Shown: piece after piece, positions 52,997-63,384 of the stretch | Layout: each line of letters starts with the position of its first letter | Numbering within the stretch: position 1 is the first letter of the stretch | Assembly (NCBI GenBank): GCA_031262385.1 | Contig: JAISHU010000024.1 | Location: 318-64,317, forward strand | Source: Mediterranea sp. | GTDB lineage: Bacteria; Bacteroidota; Bacteroidia; Bacteroidales; Bacteroidaceae | Length of the DNA: 64,000 nt | Reading direction: 5' to 3' | Position numbers and translations under genes: made by a program | Notes under the pieces: generated by a model | What the model saw: only the letters and a program-made list of their open reading frames with translations | What the model was told of the DNA's origin: nothing | Database searches by the model: none

Positions 52997-55267
52997 GTGA
53001 AGCATCTTGTACATATCATCGTTTGGATATGCCTGCTGCTTGTCGTATGGCAGGAGGCAGATGCTACGCTTGTTCCTAAACATTTAGACAAGCGTCCGCT
53101 TGCCACGGTCGATTCCATTATGGAGCGTGTCATCTTTTATGCGCCTTTGTACGAACATATCATAGATACTTACACTGCCGAACTCTATATCAAAGGAGTG
53201 GTAAACATCGAAAAGAAAAACCAGTTGCTGCGCTTTCTTCCCACGATGTTTCGGGTGAGAAACAATATCCGCGAATATGTGATGGAGACGTATAGCGATG
53301 TGCGCTACACGGCGCCCGATATTTACGACCAGAAGCTGAAGGCAACCGTCAGCACCTCTTCGCGCTTTTGGGAACTCGACGGTCAGTTGCCCGACTATTT
53401 CCGTATCAACGTCTATGCACCTACGCTTCTGCCCAACAAACTGCTCTCACCGCTGGCATCAAACGCCCGCTCCTACTATACCTATCACATCGACTCCGTT
53501 TTTGGCGAGCAACACGAACGGCAATACAAGATTCGTTTTTTGCCTAAAAGCGAAAGCTTCCAGCTTATCAACGGCTATCTGGTGGTGAGCGAAAATGTGT
53601 GGAGCGTGCGCGAACTTTTCTTTGAAAGTCGTTCGGAGCTGATGCGCTTGCGTAACACCATTAAGCTGGGCGAAGTGGGCACGGATAACGAATTTCTTCC
53701 CGCACGTTACGACATTCAGGCAAAGTTTCGCTTCCTTGGCAACGTGGCTTATGCCAACTATACCGCTTTGCTGGACTATCAATCTATCACGCAAAAAGCA
53801 TCCGATACTCCCGACCGACGTAGGCAACCCAAGAGTAAGTACGACCTTACCGAGTCGTACACGTTGCGTACCGATACCAACGCCTATCAGCGCGACACCA
53901 CCTATTTTAATAGGATACGTCCCCTGCCGCTTACCACCTACGAGGATAGTTTGTATCACCGCTACTTCCAACAAACCGATACCACGCTGCATCCGCGCAA
54001 GCCCCGCAGCAAGAGCCGACAGTTTTGGGGACAGGTGGGCGACGTGCTGGTGAGTCGCAACACACTCAACATGGCAAAGTTCGGCAGCATACGTTTCTCG
54101 CCCTTGCTCAATCCCGCTTTGGTGAGTTATAGCAGTAGCCGCGGTATCTCTTACCGACAGGACTTTCGCTACACACGCATCTTCACAGGCGACCGTGTGT
54201 TGCAAATCAGACCCCGCATCGGTTACAACTTCAAGCTGAAAGAGTTTTATTGGTCGGTCAACGGCGACTTCGACTACTGGCCGAGTAAGCGTGCTTCGTT
54301 ACATATCGACGCCGGCAACGGTAACCGCATCTACAGCAGCGATGTGCTTACTGCGGTGAAAGACAGTCTGGACGGCATCTTCGACCTGAGTAAAATACAT
54401 TTGGATTACTTCCGCGACTTCTACCTCAACGTGCGTCACACGTGGGAGATTACCAACGGACTGACGTTCGAAGCCGGTTTCTCGTCGCACCGACGCAGCG
54501 AAATCAACCGCTCGCAACTGGTACCCATTACGCCTACGGTTCCGTCGGTCGACCCCAATACGTCCGCTACCCGTCAATCGGACAACGGCGAAGACGAAAG
54601 CACTGCAAGCAACGGAGGAACGGAATATCGCCTTCGGCATGTCTACAACAGTTTTGCTCCGCATCTCAAGCTGACGTGGCGTCCCGGACAATATTACTAT
54701 ATGGACGGTCAGCGCAAAATAAACCTGCACTATAAATACCCCGGTATCTCCGTCGACTGGGAACGGGGCATTAGTGGCATCTTCAACAGTTCGGGAACCT
54801 ACGAACGACTGGAGGTAGATGTGCAGTATGCTCTTCAGTTGGGATTAATGCGTAGTTTGTATCTGCGTGTGGGCGGCGGCGCCTTTACCAATCAGGAGCA
54901 GATGTACTTCGTGGACTTTGCCAATCTGCGACGCTCCAACCTCCCCGTAGGGTGGAACGACGAAATAGGTGGCGTGTTTCAGTTGCTCGACGGTGTGTGG
55001 TACAACTCGTCGCGCAAGTATCTGCGGGCACATGCCGTCTATCAGTCACCCTTCGTATTGCTCACCCGTCTGCGCAAGATTACCCGCTATGTGCTGAGCG
55101 AACGCTTTTACCTTAACGGATTGATAATGCCCCAACTAAAGCCCTATGTGGAGATAGGTTACGGTGTGGGTACGCACATTTTCGATGTAGGCTTTTTTGT
55201 GAGCTTTGCCAACTGGAAGTACGAGGAGGTGGGGGTGAAGGCTACGTTTGAGTTGTTCAATAAATAA
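52997..55267 (+). CDS. DUF5686-type outer-membrane protein
   Basis: Signal peptide, LLSPLASNARSYYTY motif, beta-barrel-like C-terminus (YVEIGYGVG...FELF). Confidence 0.75.
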   Translation: MKHLVHIIVWICLLLVVWQEADATLVPKHLDKRPLATVDSIMERVIFYAPLYEHIIDTYTAELYIKGVVNIEKKNQLLRFLPTMFRVRNNIREYVMETYSDVRYTAPDIYDQKLKATVSTSSRFWELDGQLPDYFRINVYAPTLLPNKLLSPLASNARSYYTYHIDSVFGEQHERQYKIRFLPKSESFQLINGYLVVSENVWSVRELFFESRSELMRLRNTIKLGEVGTDNEFLPARYDIQAKFRFLGNVAYANYTALLDYQSITQKASDTPDRRRQPKSKYDLTESYTLRTDTNAYQRDTTYFNRIRPLPLTTYEDSLYHRYFQQTDTTLHPRKPRSKSRQFWGQVGDVLVSRNTLNMAKFGSIRFSPLLNPALVSYSSSRGISYRQDFRYTRIFTGDRVLQIRPRIGYNFKLKEFYWSVNGDFDYWPSKRASLHIDAGNGNRIYSSDVLTAVKDSLDGIFDLSKIHLDYFRDFYLNVRHTWEITNGLTFEAGFSSHRRSEINRSQLVPITPTVPSVDPNTSATRQSDNGEDESTASNGGTEYRLRHVYNSFAPHLKLTWRPGQYYYMDGQRKINLHYKYPGISVDWERGISGIFNSSGTYERLEVDVQYALQLGLMRSLYLRVGGGAFTNQEQMYFVDFANLRRSNLPVGWNDEIGGVFQLLDGVWYNSSRKYLRAHAVYQSPFVLLTRLRKITRYVLSERFYLNGLIMPQLKPYVEIGYGVGTHIFDVGFFVSFANWKYEEVGVKATFELFNK

Positions 55268-55326
55268 TCATCGACTATTTAATCGTGCGAAAAAAATCTG
55301 TTACTTTGCGCCCTAAAAATAGCTCC

Positions 55327-56934
55327 ATGAGACTGTATCCACTCTTTATCACTGCCCTTGCATGGGCTGTATCTGTTGTCGTGTATGCGCAGCAACCCTC
55401 TTTTGCTTTGCCGATAAACCCACCTATCTATTTCTCGGGCAACTTCGGTGAGATTCGTGCCAACCACTTTCACGGGGGGCTGGACTTTAAGACGGGAGGT
55501 GCTATAGGCAAGCCGGTCTATGCCTTGGGCGACGGTTATGTTTCCAAGATACGGGTGACACATGGCTCGGGCTACGTGCTGGAGATTGCGTACGACAACG
55601 GTTATACCACCATAAACCGACACCTCAGTGCGTTTACGGACGAGATTGCCGAGCGTGTGGAAGAGTTGCAGTACGAACAACAGTCGTGGGAAGTAGAGAT
55701 TATACCCGAACCCGGCGAATATGTAGTGAAGGCAGGACAGAAGATTGCCCTGAGCGGTAACACCGGCTATTCGTTCGGACCCCATTTGCATCTGGATGTG
55801 ATAGAAACGGATACGGGCGACTCGGTAGACCCGCTGCCTTTTTTTAAAAACAAGATAATCGACCACACAGCGCCGCGTGCCATGGGCATCCGTCTCTATC
55901 CGCAACCGGGCGAGGGAGTTGCCGAAGGTATGACGGCTTGGGGTGTTATCGGCGTGGGACTGCGTGCGTACGACTATATGGACGAGGTACACAACCGTTA
56001 CGGCGTCTATCGCGTCAGCCTGAGTGTGGACGGCAAAGAAACATTCCGCAGCATCGTCGACCGCTTTGCGCCCGCGGAGAGTCGCATGATTAATGCATGG
56101 GCTGACGGTCAGTATATGAAGTCGTTCATTGAGCCGGGCTGCACACTGCGCATGTTACAGGCACTAAACGACCGCCGCGGATTGCTTACCATTGACGAAG
56201 AACGACCTTACCATCTGGTCTACACGCTGAGCGATGCACTGGGAAATACCTCCAAAGTAACTTATGTCATTCAGGGCAAGCGCATGCCCATTGTCCCCAT
56301 GCCGCAAGCCGACAAATACATCTTTCGTTGGGAGCGCACCAACCTGCTGCAAGAACCCGGCATGAGCTTGGTGGTGCCGCGCGGAAATCTCTACAGCGAT
56401 GCTTACCTCAACTATGCCGTGCGTGCCGACAGCACGGAACTGTCGTATGTCTACCAACTCCACGACCGCCACATCCCGTTGCACGGACGTGCTACCCTAC
56501 GCATCCGCCTGCGCCGCACGCTACATACCGACAGTACCAAATACTACGTGGCAAGCATCAATGCCAAAGGCGAACGCTCGGGTGTAAAAGGCAGTTATGC
56601 CGACGGTTACCTTACCGCCACCATTCGCGAACTGGGTACTTACGTGGCGGCAATAGATACCGTTCCGCCTAAAGTGACTCCTCTCAACCCCGCACGATGG
56701 ATACGCAACGGACGTATTATATATAAGGTGGAAGACAAGCACACCGGCATCCAAAGTTATCGTGGCACCATAGACGGGAAGTATGCACTGTTTGGCATCC
56801 CCAATTCGATAAACGAGCGGTTGGAGTACCGCATAGACCGCAAACGTATAGGCAAAGGGCGGCATACCATTGAGGTCACCGTTACCGACATGTGTGGAAA
56901 CGTCACGGTACGTACCGATACGATTATGCTTTAA
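55327..56934 (+). CDS. M23 family metallopeptidase
   Basis: FGEIRANHFHGGLD (HxxxD) and SGNTGYSFGPHLHL (HxH). Confidence 0.92.
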   Translation: MRLYPLFITALAWAVSVVVYAQQPSFALPINPPIYFSGNFGEIRANHFHGGLDFKTGGAIGKPVYALGDGYVSKIRVTHGSGYVLEIAYDNGYTTINRHLSAFTDEIAERVEELQYEQQSWEVEIIPEPGEYVVKAGQKIALSGNTGYSFGPHLHLDVIETDTGDSVDPLPFFKNKIIDHTAPRAMGIRLYPQPGEGVAEGMTAWGVIGVGLRAYDYMDEVHNRYGVYRVSLSVDGKETFRSIVDRFAPAESRMINAWADGQYMKSFIEPGCTLRMLQALNDRRGLLTIDEERPYHLVYTLSDALGNTSKVTYVIQGKRMPIVPMPQADKYIFRWERTNLLQEPGMSLVVPRGNLYSDAYLNYAVRADSTELSYVYQLHDRHIPLHGRATLRIRLRRTLHTDSTKYYVASINAKGERSGVKGSYADGYLTATIRELGTYVAAIDTVPPKVTPLNPARWIRNGRIIYKVEDKHTGIQSYRGTIDGKYALFGIPNSINERLEYRIDRKRIGKGRHTIEVTVTDMCGNVTVRTDTIML

Positions 56935-57421
56935 ATACTTTTTGATAGGCGACGCGGGGCGTGCCGTCCGCCACATAGATAATGCCGCAGCGGGTAAAAC
57001 CGCACTTCAGTAGCAGATGTTGCATGGCGGCATTGCTGTGGTGTGTGTCGATACGTAGGTTGTCGCAACGCGTGGAGCACCACTCCAAGCAAGCTTCTCC
57101 GATGCCGCGTTGTCTGCCGTTGGTAGCGAGTCGGTGCACCACACCGTACGAACCGTCGTTGAGCCATGCCCCGTCGTCGATGCGCAGATAGGTGGGGTCT
57201 TCGCCTACAATGAAACAAAAGGTGCCCAGCAAGGTGCCTTGTGCATCGGTGCAGACAAAGCTATGCCCGTCGGCAATTTCGCTTCGGATAAATGTTTCGG
57301 TGGGGTAGCCGTTCACCCATTGGGTGGTGTTGCCTTGCGCACGCATCAGCGCGCGTCCGTAATCATATGCCTCCATAACGGCGGGGAGGTCGGCGAGGGT
57401 TGTCTTTCTAATGGTTATCAT
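56924..57421 (-). CDS. GNAT family N-acetyltransferase
   Basis: QWVNGYP, VVHRLAT..RQRGIG, RIDTH..NAAMQ..L.KCGF. Confidence 0.9.
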   Translation of the reverse strand: MITIRKTTLADLPAVMEAYDYGRALMRAQGNTTQWVNGYPTETFIRSEIADGHSFVCTDAQGTLLGTFCFIVGEDPTYLRIDDGAWLNDGSYGVVHRLATNGRQRGIGEACLEWCSTRCDNLRIDTHHSNAAMQHLLLKCGFTRCGIIYVADGTPRVAYQKVFKA

Positions 57422-57620
57422 GGCGCAAAGGTAGAAGAAAAATCGCTCTGTGGGCGATTTATCTATTTCTGTAAATTCAATATCTAAAAATGTAACGGCT
57501 GAGGATAGCCACAAGCCTACTTTTGCAACATCGAAAGGGGTGTGCTTCATCCCATTTATTACTAATAACCATGAGACATATCATACCAATCAACCAACCC
57601 TATAATCACTTAAACAATTT

Positions 57621-58409
57621 ATGATGATGAACATCCCCCGTTTTAAAACAGTATTAATGACATGCTTGGTAGCTATGCTGGGCTTGTCAGGTTTTGCACA
57701 GACTCCCGGTGGTACGCCTCCTCGCCCGGGACAAAATCCTCTTCCGGGAGGATTTCCGGGAGTGCGGCAACCGCAGAAAATCCAAACTCCCACCAATCGT
57801 GCCGACTATTTCACGAAAGCCACTGCCGGTGCCGTATCGCCCGATGATGACGGTTTCATCCGTCGTTGGGTATTGTTGGAACCTATCGACAAACCTAACC
57901 GCACCAACACAGTGTTTACCGACACTTATCTGAATCAGGCGTTTGATACGCTGTACTTCAAAAACCAGTTCACCGTGCTCCCCAAAGACGGCGACAAGGT
58001 AAAAGTGGGTAAGCTCAATCTGACGTGGAATGCGCTGGACAGCAAACTCTACAACGTGAAACTTTATCGTTATGCTGCATCTATGAAAGAAAGACGTGTG
58101 TATGGTGTACTATTCTGGGCAGTGACCGTTATCGATTGCCCCGAAGATATAACAAACGTTCGCCTTTCGGCAGGTTCCAACTCGGCTTCCAAATGGTGGC
58201 TCAACGGTGAAGAGGTACTGCTGTTGTCGGGCGACCGCCGTATGGTGGTAGACGACGGACAGTCGCACCGACTGACTCTGAAGAAAGGACGTAATGTCTT
58301 GCGCGCTGCCGTTATCAACGGTCCCGGTATGAGTGATTTCTGCGTCCGCTTTGTACACGAAGACGGCACGCCTGTGAAAAACATAACTATCAATTACCCA
58401 TTGCAATGA
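57621..58409 (+). CDS. Exported carbohydrate-metabolism-associated protein of uncertain function
   Basis: Signal peptide, GFIRRWVLLEPI and INGPGMSDFCVRF. Overlaps the GH43 start (ATGA). Confidence 0.7.
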   Translation: MMMNIPRFKTVLMTCLVAMLGLSGFAQTPGGTPPRPGQNPLPGGFPGVRQPQKIQTPTNRADYFTKATAGAVSPDDDGFIRRWVLLEPIDKPNRTNTVFTDTYLNQAFDTLYFKNQFTVLPKDGDKVKVGKLNLTWNALDSKLYNVKLYRYAASMKERRVYGVLFWAVTVIDCPEDITNVRLSAGSNSASKWWLNGEEVLLLSGDRRMVVDDGQSHRLTLKKGRNVLRAAVINGPGMSDFCVRFVHEDGTPVKNITINYPLQ

Positions 58410-59911
58410 AAACAAGAAATATACTATTGGGCATGGCAGCCCTGATGTCGGTAACGGCATCACAGAATGCGTTTGCACAAGTCGGCACTCCCTTTATTCA
58501 CGACCCTTCTACGATTATGGAGTGTGGCGGCAAATATTATACCTACGGCACCGGCGGCGGCGGACTCTTCTCCGAAGACGGCTGGACGTGGAACAGCATC
58601 CCGGAACCTACCACCGACACTCCGGCACCTTCAGGTCCCGGAATGCGTTTCGCCAGCTTAGTGCGTCCCGGCGGCGGTGCTGCTCCCGATGCGATAAAGA
58701 TTGGTGACCGTTACCTGATAGCTTACAGCTCTACCGGTGGCGGACTTGGCGGCGGTCATGCCGGTCGCGTGCTCACCATGTGGAACAAAACTCTCGACCC
58801 CAAGTCGCCCGACTTTAAATACTCCGAAGCTATCGAAGTGGCTCATTCGCTCGACGATGAAGACTGCGACGCTATTGATGCCGGTCTGCTGATGGGTCCC
58901 GACGGACGCTTGTGGCTGACTTACGGTACTTACTTCGGCTTTATCCGATTAGTGGAACTCGACCCCAAAACCGGCGAACGCGTGAAAGGCAACGAACCTG
59001 TGAACGTGGCTATCGACTGCGAGGCTTCCATTATGATTTATCGCAACGGCTGGTATTACCTGCTGGGTACGCACGGCACTTGCTGCGACGGTCCCAACAG
59101 TACCTACAACATTGTGGTAGGACGCTCGCGCACACCGCAAGGTCCGTTCATCGACAATGTAGGACGCAGCATGCTGGAAGGCGGCGGTAAAATGGTGATT
59201 GGTGCCAACGACCGCAAGACAGGTCCCGGACACTTCGGACGTTATATTGAGTCCGACGGCGTAGAGAAGATGTCGTTCCACTACGAAGCCGACTTCGACC
59301 AAGGCGGTCGCAGCGTATTGGCTATACGTCCCATTGTATGGAAAGACGAATGGCCTGTTGCCGGCGAAGCTTTCAAACCGGGAACCTACGAAATTGAATC
59401 CGTTCGCAGAGGATATGCCCTCGAACTGGCTGTGGACTTCGTACGTATGCAGGGTAACATGCGCATGTGGGGCAGAAACAACGACGAACCTCTGCCCAAT
59501 CTGAAGAATCAAACTTTGGCAGATGTTATCGGTACTTGGTCGACAGGCAACATCAACGTACGCACCGGCGACTATATGTTCCGTCCTCACCAAAGATGGA
59601 CTATCACCCCCGTGCCCGAAGCAGGCGGCTATCTGGGCGGACCGTATTACAAGATTGTTATTGAAGGAACCAACCGTGCGTTGGCTGCTACGGCTGATGC
59701 CGAACTGGTGACTGTGCCCGAATTTACAGGCGACGCCTCGCAACTGTGGCGCTTAGACCAACTGACGGACGGCAACTATCGCATCATGCCCAAAGAGATA
59801 CCCGGAAGCGACAAGAAGTACGCACTGGTATCGGCAGGCGACAGCACACCTACACTCGCTGAGTTCGACATGAACAGCGATAACTCGAAATGGAACTTCC
59901 GCAACCAATAA
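58406..59911 (+). CDS. GH43 glycoside hydrolase (arabinanase-like) with C-terminal ricin-B-like domain
   Basis: IHDPS, APD, AIDA, CEAS and GPGH five-bladed propeller motifs; QRW/QLW repeats at the C-terminus. Confidence 0.88.
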   Translation: MKTRNILLGMAALMSVTASQNAFAQVGTPFIHDPSTIMECGGKYYTYGTGGGGLFSEDGWTWNSIPEPTTDTPAPSGPGMRFASLVRPGGGAAPDAIKIGDRYLIAYSSTGGGLGGGHAGRVLTMWNKTLDPKSPDFKYSEAIEVAHSLDDEDCDAIDAGLLMGPDGRLWLTYGTYFGFIRLVELDPKTGERVKGNEPVNVAIDCEASIMIYRNGWYYLLGTHGTCCDGPNSTYNIVVGRSRTPQGPFIDNVGRSMLEGGGKMVIGANDRKTGPGHFGRYIESDGVEKMSFHYEADFDQGGRSVLAIRPIVWKDEWPVAGEAFKPGTYEIESVRRGYALELAVDFVRMQGNMRMWGRNNDEPLPNLKNQTLADVIGTWSTGNINVRTGDYMFRPHQRWTITPVPEAGGYLGGPYYKIVIEGTNRALAATADAELVTVPEFTGDASQLWRLDQLTDGNYRIMPKEIPGSDKKYALVSAGDSTPTLAEFDMNSDNSKWNFRNQ

Positions 59912-59933
59912 AGCATATTACTCATTGAAAACG

Positions 59934-59958
59934 AAAGCTGCCTGCGAGGGCGGCTTTT
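59934..59958 (+). terminator. Intrinsic terminator after GH43
   Basis: AAAGCTGCC/GGCGGCTTTT hairpin. Confidence 0.65.
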
Positions 59959-60033
59959 GTTGTAGTATGAGGTAAGGGTTCGTGGCTGTTTATGTAAAAA
60001 CAAGTCGAATAAAACCGTACCTTTGCCGCCGTT

Positions 60034-63000
60034 ATGATACAACTCCACGAACTGCAACAGCGATATGCCACACATCCGGCTGCCGGTGTAGTAACCAAAT
60101 TACTGAACGACCCGCAGGTACGCACTATCTTTTGCAAAGGACTCAACGGGTCGGCTGCATCGCTTTTTGCCTCCATCATGGGCGAGAAGACCGCGTCTCC
60201 ATTTCTATTTATTTTGGGCGACCTCGAAGAGGCGGGCTATTTCTATCACGACCTCATGCAAGTGGGGAATACCGACCGGGTGCTTTTCTTTCCCTCGTCG
60301 TTTCGCCGCGCGGCAAAATACGGACAAAAAGATGCTGCCAACGAAGTGCTCCGCACCGAGGTGCTGGGACGATTGCAAAAGGGTGACAAGAACTTGTGTA
60401 TCGTTACTTATCCCGATGCGCTGACCGAGCAGGTGGTGTCGCGGCAGGAACTTACCGACAAAACCCTTCATCTGCACACCGGCGAGCGGGTGGACATCAC
60501 TTTTATTAGCGACGTGCTTACCGGCTACGGTTTTGAATACACCGACTATGTGTACGAACCGGGGCAATACGCCGTGCGCGGCAGCATCATCGACGTCTTT
60601 TCTTTCTCCTCCGAATATCCTTACCGCGTGGACTTCTTCGGCGATGAAGTCGACAGCATCCGCACCTTCGAGGTGGATACGCAGCTTTCGCGCGAGAAAC
60701 GCGACAGTGTGGTGATTGTACCCGACCTTTCGGGCGACATCACGTCCGAAGTCTCTTTCTTGGAATATTTATCGCCCGATACCGTGCTCGCCATGAGCGA
60801 CTTCTTGTGGATTGACGACGATTTTGCCGTACGTGCCAATGCCTTCCGTCAACTGGAGTTTGGCAATCAGTCGGCAGGAACGCCCGATGCGACGGTTGTA
60901 TTCGACACCGCCGCACAACCCATCTTTCATAAAAACTTCGATTTGGTAGCCGACAGCTTCAAGCAATTTCTTGCGCAAGGCTACACCTTATATATATGTA
61001 GCGACAGCCGCAAGCAAACCGAGCGCATACGTGCTATCTTCGAAGACCGTGGTGACGATATCGTCTTTACGGCGGTAGAGCACACGTTGCACGCAGGCTT
61101 TATCGACCACACGTTGCAGATGTGTCTCTTTACCGACCACCAATTGTTCGACCGTTTCCACAAATACAACCTGCGCAGCGACCGTGCCCGTGCCGGCAAG
61201 GTGGCACTCTCGCTCAAAGAGCTGAATCAGTTTACGCCGGGCGACTATGTGGTGCACACCGACCACGGGGTGGGACGCTTTGCCGGATTGGTGCGTATCC
61301 CCAACGGCAATACCACACAAGAGGTAATCAAGCTGGTCTATCAAAACGAAGATGTGGTGTTTGTCTCCATTCACTCGCTACACAAGGTTTCCAAATACAA
61401 AGGCAAGGACGGCGAAGCACCGCGACTCAACAAGTTGGGCACCGGCGCATGGGAGAAACTGAAAGACCGTACCAAAGCCAAAATTAAAGATATTGCACGC
61501 GACCTGATAAAACTCTACTCGCAACGACGCGAAGAGAAGGGTTTCAACTTCAGCCCCGACAGCTTCTTGCAGCGCGAACTCGAAGCCTCGTTTATCTACG
61601 AAGATACCCCCGACCAAAGCAAGGCAACTGCCGACGTGAAGAGTGATATGGAGAGCAATCGCCCCATGGATCGTTTGGTGTGCGGCGATGTGGGCTTCGG
61701 AAAAACCGAAGTTGCCATTCGTGCTGCCTTTAAGGCGGCGGCGGACAATAAACAGGTGGCGGTATTGGTGCCTACCACCGTGCTTGCCTACCAGCATTAT
61801 CAAACTTTCAAAGAACGCCTGAAAGAGATGCCTTGCCGGGTGGAATACCTCAGCCGTGCACGTACCACCGCGCAAACACATGCCATTATAAAAGAGTTGG
61901 CAGACGGTAAGGTGAACATACTTATCGGTACCCACCGCATATTGGGTAAAGATGTGCACTTCCACGACTTGGGATTGCTCATTATCGACGAAGAGCAGAA
62001 GTTCGGTGTCTCTGTCAAGGAAAAACTGCGGCAACTTAAAGTCAACGTCGACACCCTCACCATGACGGCTACACCTATACCGCGCACCCTGCAATTCTCG
62101 CTGATGGGAGCGCGCGACCTCAGCGTCATCCAGACCCCGCCACCCAACCGCTATCCCATCCAGACGGAGGTACACACTTTCAACGAAGAGGTTATCACCG
62201 ATGCCGTTAACTTCGAGATGAGTCGCAACGGGCAGGTGTTCTTTGTGAACAACCGCATTGCCAACCTCGTAGAGCTGCAAAGCTTGATACAGCGCAACAT
62301 CCCCGACTGCCGCGTGGCTATCGGACACGGACAAATGGAGCCTGCACAGTTGGAGAAGATTATTCTGGATTTTGTGAACTACGATTACGATGTGCTCATC
62401 GCCACCACCATTATCGAGAGCGGCATCGACATTCCCAATGCCAACACCATTATTATCAATAATGCGCAAAACTTCGGTCTGAGCGACTTGCACCAGATGC
62501 GCGGTCGCGTGGGGCGAAGTAATAAAAAAGCATTCTGCTACCTGCTGGCTCCGCCGCTCTCCACGCTTACCCCCGAAGCACGCCGCCGCTTGCAGGCTAT
62601 CGAAAACTTTAGCGACTTGGGTAGCGGCATCCACATTGCCATGCAAGACCTCGACATACGCGGAGCCGGTAACATGCTGGGTGCCGAACAGAGCGGTTTC
62701 ATTGCCGATTTAGGCTACGAAACGTACCAAAAGATACTCACCGAAGCCGTACACGAACTCAAGACCGACGAGTTTGCCGAGCTGTATGCCGAAGAACTGA
62801 AGGGTGATGCCACCGTTATCAGCGGCGAGCAGTTTGTCGATGAGTGTCAAGTGGAAAGTGACCTCGAACTGTTGTTGCCTGCCGACTACGTTACCGGCAG
62901 CAGTGAACGCATGTTGCTTTATCGCGAGTTGGACACGCTGGTGCTCGACCAAGATGTGGCGGCTTTCCGGGCACGTCTTGTCGACCGTTTTGGTGCTGTA

Positions 63001-63291
63001 CCCCGCGAAACCGAAGAGTTACTCCGTATCGTTCCCTTGCGCCGCATGGCTGCACGGTTGGGTGCCGAAAAAGTGTTCCTGAAAGGCGGTCGCATGACTC
63101 TTTTCTTCGTCAACAACCCCGACAGTCCTTTCTATCAAAGTGCTGCCTTCGGCAAAGTCATCGATTACATGATGAAATACACCCGCCGTTGCGATTTGCG
63201 CGAACAAAACAGCCGCCGCAGCATGGTGATAAAAGACGTCCCCAATGTGGAGACCGGCGTGAGTGTGTTGCAAGAGATTATGGCACTGTAA
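60034..63291 (+). CDS. mfd: Transcription-repair coupling factor
   Basis: GDYVVHTDHGVG RID, GDVGFGKTEVA, DEEQKFGV, TATPIPRT, HQMRGRVGRS, DLDIRGAGNMLG. Confidence 0.97.
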   Translation: MIQLHELQQRYATHPAAGVVTKLLNDPQVRTIFCKGLNGSAASLFASIMGEKTASPFLFILGDLEEAGYFYHDLMQVGNTDRVLFFPSSFRRAAKYGQKDAANEVLRTEVLGRLQKGDKNLCIVTYPDALTEQVVSRQELTDKTLHLHTGERVDITFISDVLTGYGFEYTDYVYEPGQYAVRGSIIDVFSFSSEYPYRVDFFGDEVDSIRTFEVDTQLSREKRDSVVIVPDLSGDITSEVSFLEYLSPDTVLAMSDFLWIDDDFAVRANAFRQLEFGNQSAGTPDATVVFDTAAQPIFHKNFDLVADSFKQFLAQGYTLYICSDSRKQTERIRAIFEDRGDDIVFTAVEHTLHAGFIDHTLQMCLFTDHQLFDRFHKYNLRSDRARAGKVALSLKELNQFTPGDYVVHTDHGVGRFAGLVRIPNGNTTQEVIKLVYQNEDVVFVSIHSLHKVSKYKGKDGEAPRLNKLGTGAWEKLKDRTKAKIKDIARDLIKLYSQRREEKGFNFSPDSFLQRELEASFIYEDTPDQSKATADVKSDMESNRPMDRLVCGDVGFGKTEVAIRAAFKAAADNKQVAVLVPTTVLAYQHYQTFKERLKEMPCRVEYLSRARTTAQTHAIIKELADGKVNILIGTHRILGKDVHFHDLGLLIIDEEQKFGVSVKEKLRQLKVNVDTLTMTATPIPRTLQFSLMGARDLSVIQTPPPNRYPIQTEVHTFNEEVITDAVNFEMSRNGQVFFVNNRIANLVELQSLIQRNIPDCRVAIGHGQMEPAQLEKIILDFVNYDYDVLIATTIIESGIDIPNANTIIINNAQNFGLSDLHQMRGRVGRSNKKAFCYLLAPPLSTLTPEARRRLQAIENFSDLGSGIHIAMQDLDIRGAGNMLGAEQSGFIADLGYETYQKILTEAVHELKTDEFAELYAEELKGDATVISGEQFVDECQVESDLELLLPADYVTGSSERMLLYRELDTLVLDQDVAAFRARLVDRFGAVPRETEELLRIVPLRRMAARLGAEKVFLKGGRMTLFFVNNPDSPFYQSAAFGKVIDYMMKYTRRCDLREQNSRRSMVIKDVPNVETGVSVLQEIMAL

Positions 63292-63384
63292 GCGAAGCGA
63301 CCCGTTTCGCCGTATTGTTGTGCCGGAATAGGAGGGACAGTCCGAATTTTCGTTATTTTTGTCCGCAAAACATAAAGAAGCAAG

